Shown here piece after piece: positions 21,156-32,081 of a DNA stretch of 64,000 nt; the stretch's first letter is position 1, and each line of letters starts with the position of its first letter. Made by a program: the position numbers and the translations under genes. The notes under the pieces were generated by a model. That model searched no databases and had not been told where the DNA came from. It saw nothing but the letters and a program-made list of their open reading frames with translations. The DNA is taken from contig PS015009.1 in NCBI GenBank assembly GCA_048213135.1, positions 1,674,001 to 1,738,000 on the forward strand, given 5' to 3'. The DNA is from Reclinomonas americana ATCC 50394 (Eukaryota).

Positions 21156-21156
21156 C

Positions 21157-22233
21157 TTATTTTACATCGAAATCCACCACCACCTTATCCGTTGTGGGAT
21201 GGCTCTGGCAGGTGAGGATATAACCCTGTTCAATTTCTTCCTGTTCCAGTCCCCAGTTTACTTCCATCGACACTTGTCCTTCCATCAGGCGGGCCTTGCA
21301 GGTGCAGCATACACCGCCCTTACAGGCATAAGGAAGATCGGCGCCCTGCTGAAGCGCGGCATCAAGAATGGTATCGCTGCTGAAGCCCAGGTCAAAATCG
21401 AAACTGCGGCCATCAAGTTTAACAGTAACACGGCTTTTGGGACCGCTGTCTGTTTTGATCTCTGCTGTACGTTGTGTGCTGGCTTTTTGTCCCGGTGTGG
21501 TAAACAGTTCAAAATGTATTTTCCTGGGATCAGTATTACGGGCTTCCAGGAAATCCTTTACACAAAAGATCATGGTTTCCGGGCCGCAGATGAAGTATTC
21601 GTCGGTATTGTCATAATCCACCAGCCTGCCCAGGTCTTCGAGTTTGGCCGTATCTATCCTGCCGGAATTGATGGGCGCATCGGCTATTTCACGGCTCAGC
21701 ACATTAATGAAATTAAAACGGCGGAGGAAGCGGTTCTTCAGCCCTTCCAGCTCTTCGAAAAAAATAATGGAGTTGCGGTTGCGATTGCCGTATACCAGCG
21801 TGAAACGGCTGTTGGGCTCGGTTTGCAGCGTGGTCTTAATAATGGACAATACCGGTGTGATGCCGCTGCCCGCCGCGAAAGCTACATATTGTTTGCTGTT
21901 GGAAGGATGAAGTACGCAGTTGAACTTACCGGTTGGCGGCAACACTTCTATACTGTCGCCTGGCTGCAGTTGTTCATTGGCATAAGAAGAAAATTTTCCG
22001 CCGTCTACCTTTTTTACGGCCACCCTCAATTCATTTTCAAATGGAGCGGAGCAGATGGAGTAGGAGCGGCGCAGTTCTTCGCCATCGATTACTTTCTTTA
22101 ACGTAATGTTCTGCCCCTGCTCAAAACGAAAGGTATCGCGGAGCGTTTCGGGAATATCGAAAACGATGGATACACAATCCGCCGTCTCTTTCTGTACCTG
22201 TTTTATCCTGAGTGAATGAAAATGAACAGCCAT
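21157..22233 (-). CDS. paaE: Phenylacetyl-CoA epoxidase reductase subunit PaaE (FAD/NAD-binding plus 2Fe-2S)
   Basis: RRSYSICS, AAGSGITP, FICGP, IHFELF, ACKGGVCCTC...LTCQ. Confidence 0.95.
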   Translation of the reverse strand: MAVHFHSLRIKQVQKETADCVSIVFDIPETLRDTFRFEQGQNITLKKVIDGEELRRSYSICSAPFENELRVAVKKVDGGKFSSYANEQLQPGDSIEVLPPTGKFNCVLHPSNSKQYVAFAAGSGITPVLSIIKTTLQTEPNSRFTLVYGNRNRNSIIFFEELEGLKNRFLRRFNFINVLSREIADAPINSGRIDTAKLEDLGRLVDYDNTDEYFICGPETMIFCVKDFLEARNTDPRKIHFELFTTPGQKASTQRTAEIKTDSGPKSRVTVKLDGRSFDFDLGFSSDTILDAALQQGADLPYACKGGVCCTCKARLMEGQVSMEVNWGLEQEEIEQGYILTCQSHPTTDKVVVDFDVK

Positions 22234-22237
22234 GTTT

Positions 22238-22828
22238 TTATTTTATCAGTCCTTTTAATAAATGTTTTACCATGTCTTCTTCCAGCACGGCGGCGCTTAC
22301 GTTCCTGTTGTGCCGGTACCAGAATTCCAGTCCGCGTACGGCCGACAATATGGTCAATACGGCTACGTACGGGTGTACATTCTGCAGTTCCTTGTTTTTG
22401 ATGCCCCGTTCCACCATCAACATCAGTCTTTTTTCATAACTCCTGCGCTGGTTGAAGAAATTGCTGAGATAAGGCTCTGTAAGAAACTTCCATTCGTGGT
22501 TGGCCACATGCACCTCGTTGAATTTTTCCAGCGTCATACGGATATGAAAGCGGATCACCTGTTCCAGCTGCTGAACCGAATTCTGTTTGGTGCCTTCAGC
22601 CTGGTCGAGATGTGCCATGTATTCATTGGCCATGTTGAAACAGATGCTTTGCAGGAGTTCGCTTTTGGAGCCGATGTGGTTATAAAGACTGGGCGCTTCC
22701 ACACCTACAGCTTCGGCAAGGTCACGCATGGATGCCGCGGTAAAGCCCTTGGCCCTGAAAAGAGCCGCTGCCTCACGGGTGATCAGCTCCTTCCTGGCGG
22801 CACTGCCTCCTGCTTTGATCCTGGCCAT
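22238..22828 (-). CDS. TetR-family regulator, probable PaaR-type repressor
   Basis: AALFRAKGFTAASMRDLAEAVGVEAPSLYNHI HTH; 4 bp upstream of paaE; operator palindrome in its promoter. Confidence 0.88.
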   Translation of the reverse strand: MARIKAGGSAARKELITREAAALFRAKGFTAASMRDLAEAVGVEAPSLYNHIGSKSELLQSICFNMANEYMAHLDQAEGTKQNSVQQLEQVIRFHIRMTLEKFNEVHVANHEWKFLTEPYLSNFFNQRRSYEKRLMLMVERGIKNKELQNVHPYVAVLTILSAVRGLEFWYRHNRNVSAAVLEEDMVKHLLKGLIK

Positions 22829-22839
22829 GCGTTTTCCTG

Positions 22840-22860
22840 CAAAACTAACACTTATTAGTT
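22840..22860 (-). promoter_or_regulatory. tetR-paaE promoter (-7 TAGTTTTG) overlapped by a putative operator
   Basis: CAAAACTA at 22840-22847; AACTAAC-ACTT-ATTAGTT at 22843-22860. Confidence 0.72.
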
Positions 22861-23109
22861 TGGAGCCGCATTTTTTTTTGAGGTCCTGCTTATTAAAATA
22901 AGGCATTGAAAATCAACAAAATAAATAGTTATTCCGGAAGGAGTTATTTTACCGGGAACAGTTGTCATTCCACTGTTCCGGTTTCCGTGGAAGCGCCAGC
23001 TTTTACTCCCATTTTTCAAAGAGATCACCAATTGGACAAAAAATCCTACTGTATTGGTAGATTTTTCGAAAATAAATTATGTGAATTATAAAAAATTATT
23101 ACTTTTACG

Positions 23110-23302
23110 GCCTGCTCGGTTATTTAAAATCTCTCCAATCTTATTGAAAGCCCTAAGGGGATGGCGTACACAGGTGTGAACCTAGTGATCCATTACTTTT
23201 ATTCATTAACAGCTAATACTATTCATTTACTGGATATATCTTTTTTCTTGTGGTTTCAGAGGTAAGCAAGGCCGGAGATTTTCATCTCTGGCCATATTTT
23301 TT
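23110..23302 (+). ncRNA. Candidate structured small RNA (alternatively a 34-aa sORF at 23161..23265)
   Basis: TACTTTTA -7-like box at 23100-23107; hairpin CAC-AGGT-GTGA-ACCT-A-GTG closed by GGAT/ATCC; strong terminator at 23270-23302. Confidence 0.5.
23270..23302 (+). terminator. Intrinsic terminator
   Basis: GGCCGGAGAT-TTTC-ATCTCTGGCC followed by ATATTTTTT. Confidence 0.75.
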
Positions 23303-23380
23303 CCCTCCATTCGTCCTCACAAACCGCCTGAACACCGATACATGTAATAACCAATGGTTTAGTGTATCTTTCTTTGCCGA

Positions 23381-24487
23381 ATGAACATGCTCAGGCGTTA
23401 TTCCATCATATTGCATATCACAGGCTGGCTTATTTTTCTCAGTCTCCCGGTACTGTTCGTCATCAGCCAGTCGGCCGGGCCCGCAGGTATGCGCAGTATC
23501 GATAAGCCGGTCAGCCTGCTGGTACTCGCCATTTATGTTCCTGTTTTTTACCTGCATACTTATTACCTGTTCCCCCGTCTTTTCCTGGGGAAAAAATACC
23601 TGGCCTACGCTATCGGGCTGGCAGCGCTTTTTGCAGCGGTCTTTTTCTTTCGCCCTTACGACCGGCTGGCAGGCAGTGGCGTAATGCCCACAGAGAACAG
23701 GATGCCGCAGGGACCTCCACCGCGGGATATGAGCATACAACCGGGGCCACCGCCGGGACCCGCCCCGGGACCCGTCCGTGAAAGAGGTCGTCCCTTTGTA
23801 GATATCATTAGTATCGCCCTTTTTATACTGGTCATCGCCCTCAGCATGGCCCTGGTGGTGGCCCGCCGCTGGCGTTTGGCAACAGAACAGGCGGCCCGTG
23901 CAGAAGCTGATAAGGTCAATGCCGAACTGTCTTTTCTCAAAGCACAGATCAATCCCCATTTCCTGTTCAACACCCTCAACAATATTTACACGCTGGCGCT
24001 GATGAAAGATGATAAAGCGGCCGGCAGTATCATGATGCTCAGCCACATCATGCGCTATGTTACGGATGATGCTACTGCCGCATTTGTGCCGCTGGAACTG
24101 GAAGTGAACTGCATCAGGGATTATATTGACCTGCAACGGTTACGGCTAACCGAAACGACGACGGTTGACCTGCGGGTGCAGGGCGATACCCAAAACAGGA
24201 TCATCGCGCCGCTTATACTGATGACCTTCGTGGAGAATCTTTTCAAATACGGCATCAGCAATAAGGAACAGTCAACCGTAACCATACAACTGGTTGCAGG
24301 CCCGGGGCGTATCGACTTCATGTGCCGCAACCGCATTTTTTCCGTATCACCGCTTACAGAAAGAACCGGTATAGGTATTGACAACACCCGTAAAAGGCTG
24401 CAGCAACTATATCCTGGCCGGCACCGCCTGAACATTGCCGCTGATAATGATTATTATACAGTACATTTATCTTTACAGGACCGGTAG
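23381..24487 (+). CDS. LytS-family sensor histidine kinase
   Basis: N-terminal TM helices; LKAQINPHFLFNTLNNIY, FVENLFKYG, GIGIDNTRKRL. Confidence 0.93.
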   Translation: MNMLRRYSIILHITGWLIFLSLPVLFVISQSAGPAGMRSIDKPVSLLVLAIYVPVFYLHTYYLFPRLFLGKKYLAYAIGLAALFAAVFFFRPYDRLAGSGVMPTENRMPQGPPPRDMSIQPGPPPGPAPGPVRERGRPFVDIISIALFILVIALSMALVVARRWRLATEQAARAEADKVNAELSFLKAQINPHFLFNTLNNIYTLALMKDDKAAGSIMMLSHIMRYVTDDATAAFVPLELEVNCIRDYIDLQRLRLTETTTVDLRVQGDTQNRIIAPLILMTFVENLFKYGISNKEQSTVTIQLVAGPGRIDFMCRNRIFSVSPLTERTGIGIDNTRKRLQQLYPGRHRLNIAADNDYYTVHLSLQDR

Positions 24488-24525
24488 ATTATTGCACAAC
24501 TGCCGGGTTGTATCCCATTTATCAT

Positions 24526-25221
24526 ATGCTCACCTGCATTGCTATAGACGATGAACCGCTTGCACTTAAATTGTTGCAGCAATACGCGGCGCAAACCCCG
24601 TCGCTGAAGTTGCTGCATGTGTTTAATGATGCACTCTCCGCTGCGGAATACCTTAAGACCAACCAGGTGGATCTTCTGTTTATCGATATCAATATGCCGG
24701 AGTTCACGGGCATCGACCTGGTGCGTTCACTCAACCCTAAACCGCTTTTTATTTTTACAACGGCATATAAGCAGTTTGCTTTTGAGGGATTTGAACTCGA
24801 TGCGGTTGACTATTTACTTAAACCCATTGAATATCCCCGTTTTGTTAAAGCCATAGAAAAAGCGGAGCTCGCCAAAAGACAGGCGCCTGCGGAAAATGCA
24901 TCTGCCGCATTATTCGTAAGATCCGCCTACCAGCTGGTGAAGATCAGCACCGATGAGATAGAGTACATTGAAGCGCTGGAAGATTATATTCGTATTCACT
25001 TGCTGAACGATAAACCGGTAATGACGCTGATGACACTGAAAGCCATCCTGGAAAAACTGCCCGCAGAAGATTTTGCACGTATTCACCGCAGCTACATTGT
25101 TCCTTTCAATAAGATCAGGTCACTGGTTAACCGCAAGCTCATCCTGCTTTCCGGCAAAGAACTGCCCGTTAGCGACAGCTACATCAACCCGCTCAACGAA
25201 TGGCTGCAAAAGCCGCGTTAA
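24526..25221 (+). CDS. LytTR-family response regulator
   Basis: IDDEPLA, DINMP, FTTAY, DYLLKP; LytTR FARIHRSYIV. Confidence 0.95.
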   Translation: MLTCIAIDDEPLALKLLQQYAAQTPSLKLLHVFNDALSAAEYLKTNQVDLLFIDINMPEFTGIDLVRSLNPKPLFIFTTAYKQFAFEGFELDAVDYLLKPIEYPRFVKAIEKAELAKRQAPAENASAALFVRSAYQLVKISTDEIEYIEALEDYIRIHLLNDKPVMTLMTLKAILEKLPAEDFARIHRSYIVPFNKIRSLVNRKLILLSGKELPVSDSYINPLNEWLQKPR

Positions 25222-25347
25222 CAAAACTTTAGTCGGTACAAAATACCCGTTTACCGGTAACTCTTCCACCGGTGATGCCTCCCGTTCTATCTTCCCGTTA
25301 TCAACAAAACCACCGTATGTAACAACGTTACACTAAAAACTACGACT

Positions 25348-26088
25348 ATGGAAAGAAAACACTTTTTAAGGAACTCACTGGGCCTGCTCAGCGCAGCCAC
25401 GATCATTGATGCCTGCAAAAAAACAGATACAACCGGTTCGGGAACAACTACCGGGGGCAGCACAACGGGTGGCGGCTCATCATCCGGTTGTATTGTTTCA
25501 CCGGAAGAGGTGGAAGGACCCTATCCTTATCCCGGTGGCGAGATTACCAACCCGCTGCAAAGGGGGGATGTTACCGGTGGACAGACAGGCGTTCCGCTGG
25601 GCCTCACTTTTACGGTAGTTAATGTAAATAACAGTTGTGCTGTAGTGCCCAACGCACGGGTAGACATATGGCATTGTAATAAGGATGGCTATTATTCGGG
25701 ATATGCGAACCAGTCGGGTTACCTCGGTACGTTAAGTTATACCGGTCAAACCTGGCTGAGGGGATACCAACTGGCAGACACAAATGGCCAGGTGCTGTTC
25801 ACCACCATTTACCCGGGCTGGTATTCAGGCCGTGCCACGCATATACATATGGAAGTGTTTGTTGGTGGTGTGCTGAAAAAAACAACGCAGATCACGTTTT
25901 CTGAAGCCATTTCTGACGCGGTACACCAGAGTTCTTTGTATGCCGCACATGGTACCAATACAACAAGAAATACGGCCGACGGTATTTTTGGTAACTCCGC
26001 CACCGACCTTGCCAATGAAACGGTAGCGCTCACCGGCAGCACGGCCGCAGGGTATACAGGTTCTTATACGATCGGCCTGGCGTTATAA
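25348..26088 (+). CDS. Exported intradiol ring-cleavage dioxygenase-like lipoprotein
   Basis: MERKHFL...IDAC signal; EGPYP, VDIWHCNKDGYYS, LRGYQ, TIYPGWYSGRATHIH. Confidence 0.85.
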   Translation: MERKHFLRNSLGLLSAATIIDACKKTDTTGSGTTTGGSTTGGGSSSGCIVSPEEVEGPYPYPGGEITNPLQRGDVTGGQTGVPLGLTFTVVNVNNSCAVVPNARVDIWHCNKDGYYSGYANQSGYLGTLSYTGQTWLRGYQLADTNGQVLFTTIYPGWYSGRATHIHMEVFVGGVLKKTTQITFSEAISDAVHQSSLYAAHGTNTTRNTADGIFGNSATDLANETVALTGSTAAGYTGSYTIGLAL

Positions 26089-26162
26089 AAAGTCCCGCAA
26101 ATCCATAACCAGTAAGGGCCGGTGTTACACCGGTCCTGTTTTATCAGCAGTAAAAAATACAT

Positions 26163-26699
26163 ATGCCTAAAGCCATTATTAAAGTATCGTGTACGCAGGT
26201 CATTGATGCCGGCACAACGCATTCTTTTGAAAAGACCATCTCCCGGCTTTCTTATGAAGAGTATTGTATGAAGCAGCAGGCCTATAATATGGACGGCAGC
26301 ATCCATACATTTACGGCATTGAAAGCGAAAGACGGCCGGGCCAATTCACTGCACTATAAGAGTGGTTTTGCTGTTGCAGGCCTTATTGAATCACTGGGAA
26401 AAAAGATCAGCATTATGCAGGATGATATCGAACAGCCTTTTGCATTTGACGTTTATCGCTTTGAAGTAATAGAATCCGATATTACGGATGCCGCCAAACA
26501 CAAAGTGGCGGTTCATTATATTTCGGCGGAACTGGTATTGTTCGAGATCATTGGCAATTACCTGCTGCTGTCAAAAGACAACCAGTGGCAGGAAGGGCAG
26601 ATGGCGGAAACCTTTTTATTGAAAATACAACCCGGCATCTCCGTGGTAAGTTACCAGCCGATGGCGCAGGAGCAATTGCTGGCCGGTGGAATGTCGTAA
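26163..26699 (+). CDS. Hypothetical protein
   Basis: 178-aa ORF filling the interval; no family recognised. Confidence 0.7.
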   Translation: MPKAIIKVSCTQVIDAGTTHSFEKTISRLSYEEYCMKQQAYNMDGSIHTFTALKAKDGRANSLHYKSGFAVAGLIESLGKKISIMQDDIEQPFAFDVYRFEVIESDITDAAKHKVAVHYISAELVLFEIIGNYLLLSKDNQWQEGQMAETFLLKIQPGISVVSYQPMAQEQLLAGGMS

Positions 26700-26701
26700 A
26701 T

Positions 26702-26791
26702 AAATCAAAATTCAAAAGTAAAAAATCAAAACGGGCAGACATCCGGCTAAGGAAACTGTTTTTTACTTTTGATTTTTTAATTTTTACTTTT
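26702..26791. repeat. Inverted pair of A-rich 7-mer periodic repeats between convergent genes
   Basis: AAATCAAAATTCAAAAGTAAAAAATCAAA followed by TTTTTACTTTTGATTTTTTAATTTTTACTTTT. The left arm is identical to 57809-57837. Confidence 0.7.
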
Positions 26792-26794
26792 CTC

Positions 26795-27454
26795 TTACTC
26801 TGCCCTATTAATAAAATCCACCAGCGGTTTCATGGCCGCGAATATTTTCGCCACGTTCTTCGCCAGGTCTTTTTTACCAACTTCTTCGTCGCTGATGGAA
26901 CGGGTTACGATAAAACTTTTCAGTTTGATATATTCAATGGCCGGGTTACTGTCGTCGTAACCTTTGGGTGGGCGGGACAATATGTTGTTTTGTTCCAGTC
27001 CTTCGGGGAACATCTTTTTGAACGAGGGACTGCCAATCACTTTTTTCCAATCGCTGAGGCTGTAATCGATCTCCTGCCTGATGTTAGCCAGCACCGGTGG
27101 TTCAGGCATCCATATACCTCCCGCGGCGAAACTTTTACCGGGTTCAATATGAAGATAATAACCCGCACCCAGTCCTTTTTTACCTGCTTTGTTGAAATAA
27201 GCCGCCATATTATTTTTATAAGGACGTTTGTCCTTGCTGAAACGAACATCACGGTTGATGCGGAAGACGCACTCTTTGGGTTGCAGGTGACTGATGGTTT
27301 CGTCGAAAGCGGAGATGGCTTTGATCAGCTGGCCGGTAAAGGAAAGAAAGTCTTCTTTAGCTGACTCATATTTCGCCCGGTTGGTATCAAACCAGGGCTT
27401 GTTGTTGTTCTTCTGTAATTGTTTTAAAAATTGCAGGGTTGATGTCTGGAGCAT
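26795..27454 (-). CDS. DUF2461 (TIGR02453) family protein
   Basis: FLKQLQKNNNKPWF, FRINRDVRFSKDKRPYK, GYYLHIEPG...GGIWMP. Confidence 0.9.
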   Translation of the reverse strand: MLQTSTLQFLKQLQKNNNKPWFDTNRAKYESAKEDFLSFTGQLIKAISAFDETISHLQPKECVFRINRDVRFSKDKRPYKNNMAAYFNKAGKKGLGAGYYLHIEPGKSFAAGGIWMPEPPVLANIRQEIDYSLSDWKKVIGSPSFKKMFPEGLEQNNILSRPPKGYDDSNPAIEYIKLKSFIVTRSISDEEVGKKDLAKNVAKIFAAMKPLVDFINRAE

Positions 27455-27543
27455 GCTACACATTTAGACCGCTAATGTACGCCAAAGAAAAAAGGAAAGA
27501 ACAATACGTTTCTTTCCTTTCTTATAATTATTGCATAGGGTTT

Positions 27544-28107
27544 CTATTTTACCTTACCCCAATTTTCTCCGCTCTTGATCCTGTAGAGGGTCATCTCACT
27601 TACTTTATATTTGGCAGCCATCTGCTTGTAAGTCATTTTCCGTTTCGGATTCCTGATCATTTCCTTGATAGCCTTTACTTGTGCCGCGTTCAGCTTCAAT
27701 CCTTCGGTACGCGTTGCCTGGCGTCGTTTATAGGCGATCTTTTCAGGGCTCTTTTGCTGGTGTTCGCTTACTTCTTCCAGTGTGGCCCATTTCAGGTTTT
27801 TATAATTGTTGTCTTTCTTTTTATGATTGATATGAATAACGTACCTGTGTTTAGGTGAGTTTTTTTTGCAGAATTGTTTGGCGACCTCCCTGTGGATATA
27901 AATAGTGCCATTGCCATCTTCCACATGAAGGTTAAGGGTTTTATATCCCGATGTTAATGACCCGTTCAGCAGTTTTCCATCTTTCTCAACCGATTCACCA
28001 TAGCTGGCAGCCCGGCCATGAGAAGAAACAGCGTACTTTTTTCGGAGAAGCTTATGACCACTGAATTGGATCTGCTTCCAGACTTCTCCTGGATTTTTCT
28101 TAATCAT
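27544..28107 (-). CDS. NUMOD4/HNH-like domain protein with C-terminal HTH
   Basis: EVWKQI...YAVSSHGR (NUMOD4); IHREVA...VIHINHKKKDNNYKNLKWAT (HNH_3-like); KQMAAKYKVSEMTLYRIKSGENW. Confidence 0.8.
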   Translation of the reverse strand: MIKKNPGEVWKQIQFSGHKLLRKKYAVSSHGRAASYGESVEKDGKLLNGSLTSGYKTLNLHVEDGNGTIYIHREVAKQFCKKNSPKHRYVIHINHKKKDNNYKNLKWATLEEVSEHQQKSPEKIAYKRRQATRTEGLKLNAAQVKAIKEMIRNPKRKMTYKQMAAKYKVSEMTLYRIKSGENWGKVK

Positions 28108-28213
28108 TTCATTATGATTTAATAAGTGATGTTGCGGTTAAGCGAGACTCCCGTAACAGAATTGTTGATTTTTTGGAAGAGTAGTTCACTTATAAATATA
28201 AAAAAACTTTTTA

Positions 28214-30310
<2,097 letters not shown>

Positions 30311-30429
30311 TCAAAGGTATTCAGATGACGTTAATTACCAAGTAAGACCCGGGGTTAATTTATATGGACGGCTGCAGGTACCGTTGTACACAATCGGGCC
30401 GTTCCTGTATCTTTGGAAAAACCTTCACT

Positions 30430-32076
30430 ATGCTGCGCCGACTTCCCCTTAACTTTTTCTTATTCATCGTTTGTTGTTTGCTGTTGCATGCCTGCAAGTT
30501 CAGGCAAAAGGCCGACCTCATCATTCACCATGCACGCATCTACACGGTAGATGACAAGTTCAGTACAGCTGAAGCTATGGTCATACGCGACGGAAAGATC
30601 ATGGCCACAGGCAGCAACGATGACATATTAAAAACCTATGAAGCAAAGGAAATGAAAGACGCGGGAGGGAAAGCCATATTCCCCGGCTTTATTGATGCGC
30701 ACTGCCACTTTACCGGTTATGCTACGGATATGTGGAAATGCGATCTCACGTCCACCATTTCTTTTGAAGAGATACTGGCCCGCTTGCAATCATTCAACAA
30801 AACGAATACGGCAGAATGGCTTTATGGCCGTGGTTGGGATCAGAACGACTGGGAAGTGAAAAATTTCCCGGATAAAACACAGATTGACCAGCTGTTTCCC
30901 GATAAACCTGTTTTTCTTAAACGGGTTGATGGTCATGCAGCCCTGGTCAACCAGAAAGCCCTGGATATAGCCGGTATCACCGCCAGTACAGTTATTGCCG
31001 GCGGCAGCGTTGAACTGAAAGACGGCAAGCCAACCGGTATACTTATTGACAATGCCATGGATATCGTGGAAAATAAAGTGCCTTTGCTGAGCGAAGAGTT
31101 GAGCAAACAGTATTACGACAAGGCGCAGCAGGAATGCTTTGAACTCGGACTTACCGGGGTGCACGACTGTGGTGTAAGTGAGCGCACCATCCGCCTGGTG
31201 GAAGAAGAACAAAAAACAGGCAGGCTGAAGATGAAAATATATGCGTTGCTCACCGACAGTGCTGTATATTATGATAAATGGATCAGCAGCGGGCCCTATA
31301 AAACAGACCGCCTGCATGTGGGAGGGTTTAAATTGTATGCCGATGGAGCCCTGGGCAGCCGCGGCGCCTGTATGCTGCAGCACTATGCCGATCGGCCCGA
31401 CTGGAGCGGTTTCCTTCTGAGCGATACACAGCACTTTAAAAATGCGTTTACCAAATTTGCTGCCTCTAAACTGCAGGTATGTACACATGCCATCGGCGAC
31501 AGCGGTAACCGGGAAATACTGAAGCTGTATGCTGAAGTTTTGAAAGGAAAGAACGACAGGCGCTGGCGTATCGAACATGCGCAGGTGGTCAACAACAACG
31601 ATTTTCACTTCTTCGGTGATTACAATATTATTCCTTCCGTTCAACCCACGCATGCCACCAGCGATATGTACTGGGCGGCAGACCGGATTGGCCCTGAAAG
31701 GGTGAAGGGTGCCTATGCGTATAAGCAACTGCTGGAGCAGAATGGCTGGATGCCGCTGGGGACCGATTTTCCGGTAGAATACATCAGCCCGATCAAAACG
31801 TTTTTTGCAGCTGTGGTTCGCCAGGATGCAAAGGAATTTCCGGCTGGCGGGTATCAAATGGAAAATGCCCTCACGCGTGAGCAAACACTCAGGGGAATGA
31901 CCATCTGGGCGGCCCGTGGCGCTTTTGAAGAAAAGGAAAAAGGCAGCCTGGAAGTTGGAAAAGCGGCGGATTTCATCATTCTCGATACCGACCTGATCAG
32001 TTGTGAATCGGCGGCCATACTCAATACCCAGGTGATTGCCACGTACATCAACGGAGAAAAGGTGTTCGGGAAATAA
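30430..32076 (+). CDS. Amidohydrolase (YtcJ-like) lipoprotein
   Basis: LHAC lipobox; PGFIDAHCH, KLYADGALGSRGA, THAIGD, RIEHAQ, GTDFP. Confidence 0.92.
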   Translation: MLRRLPLNFFLFIVCCLLLHACKFRQKADLIIHHARIYTVDDKFSTAEAMVIRDGKIMATGSNDDILKTYEAKEMKDAGGKAIFPGFIDAHCHFTGYATDMWKCDLTSTISFEEILARLQSFNKTNTAEWLYGRGWDQNDWEVKNFPDKTQIDQLFPDKPVFLKRVDGHAALVNQKALDIAGITASTVIAGGSVELKDGKPTGILIDNAMDIVENKVPLLSEELSKQYYDKAQQECFELGLTGVHDCGVSERTIRLVEEEQKTGRLKMKIYALLTDSAVYYDKWISSGPYKTDRLHVGGFKLYADGALGSRGACMLQHYADRPDWSGFLLSDTQHFKNAFTKFAASKLQVCTHAIGDSGNREILKLYAEVLKGKNDRRWRIEHAQVVNNNDFHFFGDYNIIPSVQPTHATSDMYWAADRIGPERVKGAYAYKQLLEQNGWMPLGTDFPVEYISPIKTFFAAVVRQDAKEFPAGGYQMENALTREQTLRGMTIWAARGAFEEKEKGSLEVGKAADFIILDTDLISCESAAILNTQVIATYINGEKVFGK

Positions 32077-32081
32077 TTTGG

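Noticed and set aside
23700-23780. GC-rich CCGGG repeats as a DNA element
   Set aside because: They encode a Pro/Gly-rich loop (PGPPPGPAPGP) of the LytS kinase.
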